A stretch of 64,000 nucleotides of DNA from positions 7,782,741-7,846,740 of the forward strand of contig OZ037768.1 of assembly GCA_964035545.1 (NCBI GenBank), in the 5' to 3' direction. This document shows positions 1-64,000 of the stretch, one piece after another. The translations under genes and the position numbers were made by a program. The stretch is from Bugula neritina (Eukaryota; Animalia; Bryozoa). The number at the start of each line of letters is the position of its first letter. Positions within the stretch are counted from its first letter, which is position 1. The notes under the pieces were generated by a model, which did no database searches, was not told the origin of the DNA, and worked only from the letters and a program-made list of their open reading frames with translations.

Positions 1-665
1 CTTGACTGCGGGGATCTGCACTGCCCCCTTCCTCATGTTTATTGCAATGTTGCAGTTCTTTGGCTACATCACTGAGTAATGATAGACTCTGGTGGTTGCA
101 CATCCTGCCTTCTGCTGTGAATCTGTTAAGTGCCTGTGTGAGTTGAAGCTGATCCTCATCTAGAATCATAGTCGGTAGTTGAGACTCCATTGCAGTGGGG
201 TGTGAGTTCTCTGTGTCCAGAGCATAGCACAGCTTAGCAACAAAATCGTTGTAAAATAGTCTCCTATGTAACGCCTCAATCTAAAAAAAATTATTTGATA
301 CACAACTGAATGATGTCTAATTTAATTTTGCTATAAAGTTACTTCATACTATTTTAATGCAGTTATTATAAGATGGAATTCACTAAAAAAATTATTTAAC
401 TATAATTGCCATAGCCGTGCAGAACTTTCAACATAAGAACTAAAAAAATATATAAAAAACTATCTTTGGATTGATTATATAACTGGTTATGGAGAGCAAA
501 GAATTATGGGAATAGTTGTAAGCGAGGCCACATGCAAAGCTCTAATACCTGTGGGGCACTGAGTCGGTTAAATTCTTCGTTGATTTCATCAGCTGTTGCA
601 GTTCTCTTTCCAAATACAGCAACAAAGTGAGACTCTGACATTAGCTTACGTTTTTGCCGTTGATC
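1..665 (-). CDS. Partial gene of unknown function: two internal exons (549-665 and 1-280), running off the left edge
   Basis: Exon 665-549 reads DQRQKRKLMSESHFVAVFGKRTATADEINEEFNRLSAPQ (tatcag acceptor, gtatta donor). It joins in phase 0 to an exon starting at 280 (tttttttag acceptor) that is open to base 1 (IEALHRRLFYNDFVAKLCYALD...). A possible upstream exon at ~1085-1210 (CDCKACVRCFRAWLEDME|gtaatg) is less certain. No recognisable domain. Confidence 0.55.
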
Positions 666-2219
666 CTGATAATATAGCAACATCTGGAGTTTATACATTT
701 CTGATATCAAGAATAATTATTGTGATATTCTATAGCTTTCAAGCTTAATAAGAAATTGGCCTTTGATTATTCCGTAAATATATTATATTATATAAATTAT
801 TAATGAAGTTTGACTTTTCACAAATATTTAAAAAACTCTCATTTATGACTAAAACTTATAACAATTTATCAAGTGCTTATATTACAGTGACAAGCAAATT
901 TTCTGGTAATTGCTAAGTTCTGAGGTGATGTCGCTGCCTTGTTGCTAGTCAGCATGTCTCAAATTGCTAGACAGGTACATGTATAGGATCCCATATGTTA
1001 TTGTAAAACAGTCAAACACAGTATTTTAAGGAATATCAAATCTTGCTCTAAAAGACGACAATTCAATGGTATTTATATCATTACTTCCATATCTTCCAGC
1101 CATGCCCTGAAGCACCTTACGCACGCTTTGCAGTCACAGGTGTAGTTACTTATGCCTTCGTGTTTGTTGAACTCCATGATGATCTCTTGAGTATCACTCA
1201 ATAACTTAAATGTGATCTCAAGTTGCAAGACAAGTTACTTGAAGCTTGGTTCTGAACTTAGAAATGTTGCTTTACTACTTCAAACGTCTTTCTGGTGATA
1301 AGAAAGACTTTCTGCTCCAAGATACGTGTTAGATGTTGCAGTGAAACAAGAATATTAATGTGAAACAATGCTAGTCACGCAATGCCGCATATTTTTGTGG
1401 TAATTGTTATCAGATAAAATTTCGTTGTTAATGAAAAACTAAAAGCAACTAACCAATAATTTATTTCTGAGCCTTTTTATGATACTTTTTGACGTTAGAT
1501 AAATACAAAATGCCACTTTTGTCAAGCAAATGCTGAAATACAAAGCCAAATTTCATTTGAAATTAGCAATTTGTCTAGTTTTGTTGATGCTTTAAAAATT
1601 TTTTTGGAAGTTATTGTTATACTTGTACGTGGTAAACTAAAATCTAACAGAGTAAAGAACAGTTTAAAAAAATAGTATAATATATATCATGACAAAACAG
1701 TGGCTATGCCTATATATTATAATTTTTGAAAAGCATTTATAAAATAGAGTATAAAAACTTACTTTTAGCTATTGCATGGTTATACTGCAATTCTTTTTAT
1801 TTTATAGTAAGCAAATTACTGCAAATATCTATTAGATATTATAAATGTAAGGCTGGGATTATATTTTGCATAGATGTTTATTTTTAGTGCCAAACTATAA
1901 TACATCAAAAATATCTTTTACTGCTCAAAACTACACCAACATTTAAATCACTGTGTTAATTTACACAACAGCAATGTAATCGAAATACAAGTCCCAAATG
2001 ACTCTTGTTGTAAATATATAAGATGTCCCAAGGAGAGAATCTTTAGGTTTTATATTTAAATCTGTTTAGTGAAAGCAAATATCAGTAGCAGAGTAATTCA
2101 CTTGGTGATTACTTTTGTTGATACAAGTGACACGAGGTGTACTGATTCTATATTAAAGATGATTGCATTTAGCCCTGCTCTATTATTACTTGGCCAGCGA
2201 CAGTTGGCAGGAGTTTAAA

Positions 2220-5200
2220 ATGATATGGAAACTTTTTTTAGTTGAATTAATATTTTGTATTGTAGCAAATGCTTTAGGTAAGTACTTGTTGATTAGTTGT
2301 GATTACTTTCAGTATTGATACAATTAATATAAAAATTATAGTTGCTATTCAAAAAGATTTCACATTGTGGCTCACTATACGAACGTTAAAAAAAATGTTG
2401 AACTTAAAAAATATTTATTGCTATATGAAAATTTATCAAAATTATAATTAAAACACTTTTTATAACATACTATACTAGTTTATGTTATTCATAATTAATT
2501 TTTTGTTAAATTATGCTTCTTTTAGTGTGCACAGGCATGAAATTATCTTTTTCAGTATAATATGATGTGAAGTTTTAACATTTTTATTAAAGCAGCCAAT
2601 ACTCACAATGCATATGAGCTTGCTTATATGAAACTGCACTAAGGTGCCATGACGTCATTGCATTTATTCTCCTTTTACAGGTAGTAGTTCTAAAAATAAA
2701 CTCTTTCTACACATGAGGGACATCTGCAAACCCACCCCTACTACACAGCTTTATGACAGTGGCTTTCTTGCTTCACCATCAAATGGATTAAACAACTATT
2801 CACCAAACATAAGCTGTGCAGTGAATATATGTACAACATCAAGGGCTGTGTTGGTAGAACTCTCTCGTATCAACTTCCCCAGTGAAACAGACAGCACCTG
2901 CAGAGACTATGTACAGGTGGAGCATGATGTCACCATGTGCAATGCAGACCTGCAGGGTCTTGTCATACCTTTCCTGGTGCAGAATTGTCTACATGTAGAG
3001 TTTGTATCAAACCATGATGACCGCACGGGCAGTGGAGCTAAACTGAGATTTCATGGTAATTGGTAACTATAGTTAGTTGAATTCTATTAACACATAGTTA
3101 TAATATTGCTTTTCAACAGTTGTTATTAGTTCCAAGAAAATCAAAGAGCTGTCATATTTCTTGTGCATGCTATCAGTTAGGCATCTGAAATAAGCTCCAG
3201 TTTCACTCAAAAATGTTAAGTTGTAACAAGTTTGAAACTAGCGCTTCTTTTTAAAAAGGCTTCTTGTCCATTTTTGTACTGCATTATATTTTCAAAATGT
3301 TTTAAACAAAATGTTTTTGACAGGAGCACTAAAAAACTTTCATTCAACAATAATGTTACAGTTAGAAGAACCAATTAAAATATACTAGACACTTTAAATT
3401 TTAAAAGTTTGAAAGCAGTAAATAAACTATAATAACAATGAGTCTTTTTTAAGAAGACTGCATTGTACTGTTTCTACATGCCATGCAGTATGTAACTGAA
3501 GTACTGTTCCCATAATTTCTACAGCTATGGCTGCGAGCTCTGGAATATATGAATTGTGTTCAGACAACACTGATAGTCATGCTTCTACCATCCAATCAAA
3601 TGGATACTTCAAAAGTGCTGCATATCCCATGTCTCTATATGGCAGCATAAACTGCAGAAGAACATACAGGCTGCCAGAAACATGCCACATGCTATACATT
3701 GAGTTCATTGATTTCTATACCTTTAAGAATAACATACTAATGATAGATGGTCATCAATACACATCAGAGCTTACGGGACTGTCTCTATACACTGCCACTA
3801 CCCATCAAGTAACCGTTGGTGTTTGGTTCCAATATCCCCACAAGGTGTACCAGCAAAAAATTCTTTTAAAGTATTCGTGCAGTGAGTAGATGATGTCTTT
3901 TATCGAGATAACACTCTAAAACTAAACTTTTTACCAGTTTTAGCCAAAGTTTAAGTTCTAAAACACTATTTTATTATAGACTAATTTCGAACCATGAATA
4001 TAAATATTTTTGAATACTCTTATAAACTTGATAAAGTAATGTTTTACTTCATATGCTTTCAACTTATAATCTAACAATAATGGTCTTGTTAGATCTCACA
4101 TAGCTGGCAGATATAATCTGTATTATTATCATGACCACAAAATGTCAAAAAGAAATACTCCTATACCATAAATTTTTTTAGACTTTTCTTGCAATTTTAT
4201 GTTAAAGCCATAAAATTCTTAGTTCAAAGCTGTGTTTCATATATTTTTACATACACATTGCATTTTCATATATTTATACACATGTGTTTATTTTTCTATA
4301 TTATATTTATATATGATAATATTTTAAACAGAGAGCAATGAGCGGGAAGGTCTAGCATATATAACCAATCCATCTGCAGAGGCTATCAGCAATGCAGAAA
4401 TGACATATATTACAGCTGCTCAAATAGCCTTTGTTCCTGAGATTAGTATTACCAAGCTGACTTATACAGTGCAAGTCCTCGCAACTCCTAATTCACAGTC
4501 TCTCTTTTACATAATATCACTGTGGCCTTATACAAACATTGCAAGCTGTAGAAAAATGTCAAAAGTATGTATATTTTTAAATTAAACTTCATTTTTATCA
4601 TTGGACTTGAAAGCCAGTTTTTTATATGAACAAAATTAATTTGCAATTCAATTAGATAAATGCTGTCTAGTTTAATTTGTTTAAATTGAATAGAAGTTTT
4701 TATTACCTATTATTTTAAAAACTTAACGGCCTATCAGCAGTTTTTTTGCTGATGACTACTATAACTGATAGCATATACTGTTATAGCATATAAACATGTT
4801 ATCCTGTATACAGAGTATAATTTTATATCACTTTGCTAGAGGATGCGAAGTTTTTATAGATAGGCTCAACTAAAATTCATTTAAGTTCAAGTTCTTCACT
4901 CCCATCAAGAAAGTCTAATAGGAGCTATGATTTTATAATCTGAATGAATAGTTGAAATATTTTTTCATTTCATCTTTCACTACTTTTTAATATCACTCAT
5001 GTATGTCAGCATTTTATTGATTATCACATTTATTGTTTGCCATGTTTGCTTCTGCTCTAATTAGTGAAGCAAAGGTTGCTAGGTCAAAACAGTGGGAGTA
5101 AAATTTATGTACAGTGTGCTTTGGCCTTTCGCAGTGCAGGATAATAATTGCTGTAATTTACAAGAGATATCTATATTGTAGTGTCATTTTGTGTTTCCAC

Positions 5201-8200
5201 CACCTTTTAAGTATAGTGAATTAGTTATTAACTTAACTTCACACAAGAACTGACAAATTTATCAGTTCTGGTGTAGATTTTACCTTATCAAGCAAAGTAT
5301 GTATAGTTTGAACTGCTAACAGGTGCAGTTGTTCGTTGATCAACTTGAAATATGTGGAGTCCAGACTCACAGGACATTACGGACAAACAGAAACTATTTT
5401 ATAGTCTCTTTGGAGGTCCATCAGCCAACTATCTATTCACTTGTACTACTCCATCACGGTGAGCTAATATTACTACATACTAATGTCATATGAGCTTTGT
5501 TGTGAAAAGTGCATTAATTTATTTAGGAAGTGTAGCAGGTTCTTAGCATATCTTTAGTTGCCTTTATACCTTCACGATTTTCGGTCAGAGGTATAAACGC
5601 AACTTTTTACACAGAAAGAAGAGATCTCGACAGCCACCAAACAATCATTATATGTTTAGTGACCAACTAGCTTTCAGTACTTTCGGATTACCTTGTGTGA
5701 TAATGTAGACACGTCTTTACTCTATCATATTGAAACAGTGCAGCTAGATCCATATCAGTGTACTGTGTAGGCTGGTTTAGTGAGCCAACTGACTTTCAGT
5801 CACATGTGACAGTTTAGCCACGTCTATACTCTATTATATTGAGACAGATCCAGGCTAATGTGTAGCCCTATTTCCTAATGTATTACAGATGACATCGATG
5901 GAGTATACAGCATTTGCCAGCAAAGATCCATTCTGGTTCTCAAACCTGGATACATCACGAGTCCCGAGTACCCACATAATTATAGGGCGAGATTAAACTG
6001 CTCAACTACACTGTTGGTCAGAAGTTCACAGTCAATTCGAATTGAGGTTTTAGGTGATAAAAATGAAATTTTACAGAAATAATTTTCGTTTAACTGGCTA
6101 TATTTTCAAATTTGATGTGGTAAATCAACTAAAACAATAAGTTAAATGATTTTAAATCTGTTTTCTGACAAAATTGACTAATTGAATTAATCAACAGTAA
6201 TTTATAATAACATGATGTTACTCCATGATATAAATAAGAATTTATGCATTTGTTAGGAAACTGTCAATAAATATGTGCTATAAAAATGAAAAATGACATA
6301 CTAAATTTATGCAAAGGTAATTAACTGTTGAAATCACTTAAATTTTTACTACATGAGAAGAGAATAATGAACATTGCAGACTTTAGCACAGAAGGGCTGA
6401 CAGAGTCGGGCAATGATCATGACTACCTCTTTATAGAGAATTCCCACAGCACTACTAAACTCTATGGAAGTTCATTTCCTCACAGACCTGATATTGTATC
6501 TCAAGGAGAGGTTGCGCTTACTCTGGTTACAGATGAGGCTAACCAGATGAAGGGGTTTTTTATCAGATTCCTAAGTAAGGCACTTTCAACACTGCAGTGA
6601 AAGAAAGAGAAAAGACTGTCTTTTATACAGCCTTACCTAAATAAAAGATTAAACATTCCAACTACTTTTTTTGTAAAATAATTATTGAAAATCATAATTT
6701 TTGCAGCTTCCACAGACAGTTGCTATGTTTGGCAAAAAACTGAAAAATGTCAACTTTTTAATCCAATTTCCTCTTTTTCACAAAGTTTTAACGAATGTCA
6801 GTTTTAAAGAAATTATTATTTAAAAATGCTAAAAATGAAATGAGAGAAAATCATACAAGCCAAATAGTAAAAAATGCTTTCATTCTAGTTGAAGAAACGA
6901 AAGCAAGAGAAGAAACAACCTTTAAAAGTACACAGGATTATTCAACATTCAGTAACAACAAAACTACAGCATTGAAGTTTAGCAAGACCTCTTTCAAGGA
7001 CATGCAAAATGTGACCATACAACATGAAGAAGCTATTTATAAACAAAGTCAGGGACTTTCTACAGTTAGCCTTGTTATAACAATTACTGGCACGATAGGC
7101 TTGGCGACTGTTATAGCTCTGACAATACTGGCTGTGTTTATGAGAAATTATAGGTTTGTTGTATGTTTTCATCTTGCACAATATTCATTACAACAAAAAA
7201 GCAAAAAATTTTCTTTTTTAATTACTTTTGATTTTCTATTACTTTCTACCTGAATCAATTAGCTTATAAGCCTTTTCAGTAAAAATCACACCGGAACACT
7301 TATTTCCTTTCAGTAGAAAGCAGCAAATAGTCACTACAGCAGAACATACAGTAACCTTGAACCGTCACAGTGCTGATGGAAACAAGCAGATACATGCGCC
7401 GAGCTCTAATCAGGTATTTTGTTAGAACTATAATAAAGTTAAACATCAGTAGAATGCTTTAAACTAGATCAACTCACCATTATAAGTTTCAGAATAGCAG
7501 TTGTGGCCAATATAAGTATTGAAGTAATATATTACTTCAATACTTATATTGGCCACAACTGCTATTCCGAAACTTATAATGGTGAGTTGATCTAGTTTAA
7601 AGCATTCTAAAAGCTTCTAATATTGGTGAAATATGTGATATTACTGATACAAAAATATATATGAAGCTTGAATATTAAATAGAACGCCAGAAACTATGTT
7701 TCAGATTTCTGCTAAATTTGTTAAATTTCTTTGCTACATTACATTTTAGAAGAACTTATCACTAGAATCAGAAAACTCTTGGTATGACAACATTTCAAGA
7801 ACCAGCCGGTGGGTAACCAACCAGAAATTGGCAGACAATCAAAGAACTATAATAAGGGAACTAAACATATACTCTTCAGTTAAGTCTGAACCAATTGTAA
7901 CCGTGCCAGAAATAGTCCTAGTTGATGAGATGGGAAACTATACTTCCCCGGAATTATCCGAAGTAGCCCGGTCAGCGTCTTTGGCTAGCAGTACAGATCT
8001 CAACAGAGCTGAGATATCTTGGAACGTAAAAAGACTGAGAAGGCAAAGAAGTAGTAGAAGTTGGAGTTCTAATTGGCCATCTCCCCCTCCATCTGTTGTA
8101 GGAATAACATATACCAACAGCCAGCCTACTACAGGGCGGGACAGTTACCCCTCCCCACCAGCACTACCAAATTTTTTAGCCGTGCCATCGCAAGCAGTTG

Positions 8201-8265
8201 AATATGAATTTGAAGTCAATCCATATTTAAATGACAGTGAAAATGAAGGTTCTTCGAGGTTTTAA
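2220..8265 (+). CDS. Multi-CUB-domain type I transmembrane protein, 10 exons, ~799 aa
   Basis: Exons 2220-2277 (signal peptide MIWKLFLVELIFCIVANAL), 2681-3055, 3525-3881, 4332-4564, 5323-5458, 5889-6053, 6380-6574, 6889-7153, 7314-7413, 7750-8265. All introns are GT-AG with matching phases, total 2400 nt. CUB hallmarks: GFLASPSNGLNNYSPNISC..DYV..VEFVSNHDDRTGSGAKLRF and GYITSPEYPHNYRARLNC..DYL..LTLVTDEANQMKGFFIRF. Then a Thr/Ser-rich stalk and TM LVITITGTIGLATVIALTILAVFM followed by basic residues. Confidence 0.85.
5556..5605 (-). mobile_element. ~50-bp internally deleted copy of the MITE at 22274-22719
   Basis: Reverse complement aagttgcgtttatacct-ctgaccgaaaatcgtgaaggtataaaggcaact equals the left TIR joined directly to the right end of the 22274-22719 element. 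Confidence 0.7.
5654..5852. repeat. Degenerate intronic tandem duplication, two ~100-120-bp copies
   Basis: gtttagtga..ccaact..ctttcagt...cacgtct.tactctat.atattga.acag..gatcca occurs at ~5654 and ~5775. Confidence 0.6.
7450..7609. repeat. 160-bp loopless palindrome (80-bp arms, one mismatch) in intron 9 of the CUB gene
   Basis: tagaatgctttaaactagatc...gaagtaata|tattacttc...gatctagtttaaagcattcta; centre at 7529/7530; the only mismatch is A7491 against C7568. Confidence 0.95.
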
Positions 8266-8960
8266 TCTATAATAAAATAGGTGTTTGGAATAACAACTGC
8301 ATATATTACCAAAGCAGTAACTAGTTTTTCTTGTAGGTTGTTGTAATTCATTGCTATTTCTTCAAATAATATTTATTTATAAGTTGTCATCTTCATATAC
8401 TGGATTCATATAGATTAGCAATTCATCATTTAACTTAAAGAGTTGAAACTTCGCAAGCTATTGATACTTAACAGAATATGTAACAAATACTAAAATATAA
8501 TTTGAGGAAAATTACCAAAATGCAACGAATATATCGCTGAACTTCATGGTGAGAAATCATGGGAGCATATTAGTCGGTTGTTCAAGTTTCTTATGAGAAT
8601 ATAGCAGATATGATGAAAACTCTAAACCCTCCGTATAATGCATAAAATATTGTAGTAAAAGATATACTAACTAACTCTATGATGCGCTAGAAACGGTGGC
8701 AGTACAGAAATATCAAATATTGCAATAAGAATTTTTTTATTTATTACCCCAAACTCTTGCTTTTGTGAAAATTTGATAAAGCTTCATGTTTATTATTACT
8801 ATAATACCACAACCAACACAATAAATATTAATAGAGAACTAAAATGAGGTCATAGTTCAACACCTTATAGCATGTAAAGCCAGGAGACTATTGAAGTTAC
8901 ATCTAAACTCGCCAACTCTAGATAAATAATACAGTAGTTTATAGCCAGACAGTAGAGCTG

Positions 8961-63992
<55,032 letters not shown>

Positions 63993-64000
63993 CTGCAGTC

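Overview
AT-rich, intron-dense eukaryotic genomic DNA, most likely from an invertebrate metazoan; it is not prokaryotic. Most ORF-track entries are exon fragments or noise, so I rebuilt genes by hand from splice sites and reading-frame phase. (1) A HERC1-type giant HECT E3 ligase on the minus strand (8961 to >64000, about 74 exons in the window, 5' end outside): end of RLD1, SPRY, UBA, zinc-finger-like region, WD40, RLD2, HECT. (2) A 6-exon, ~453-aa class A peptide-type GPCR nested antisense in a 10.3-kb HERC1 intron. Its activation motifs are atypical (EQF for E/DRY, no TM6 Pro, KFFIY for NPxxY) and it has a probable GC-AG intron. (3) A 10-exon, ~799-aa type I membrane protein with up to four CUB-like modules and a Tyr/Pro-motif tail, converging on HERC1. 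(4) Exons of an unidentified minus-strand gene at the left edge. (5) Two identical intronic tRNA-Pro(TGG) genes, two tRNA-derived SINE heads, several non-autonomous inverted-repeat elements, a loopless 160-bp palindrome, a 254-bp polypurine tract and many intron-specific minisatellites, two of them built from the 5' splice-site consensus. Best leads, all hypotheses: possible Q/R A-to-I recoding at GPCR position 3.50, the splice-site arrays in HERC1 introns, and a candidate 15-nt microexon. Coordinates were read by eye and may be off by a few bases; no database search was run.
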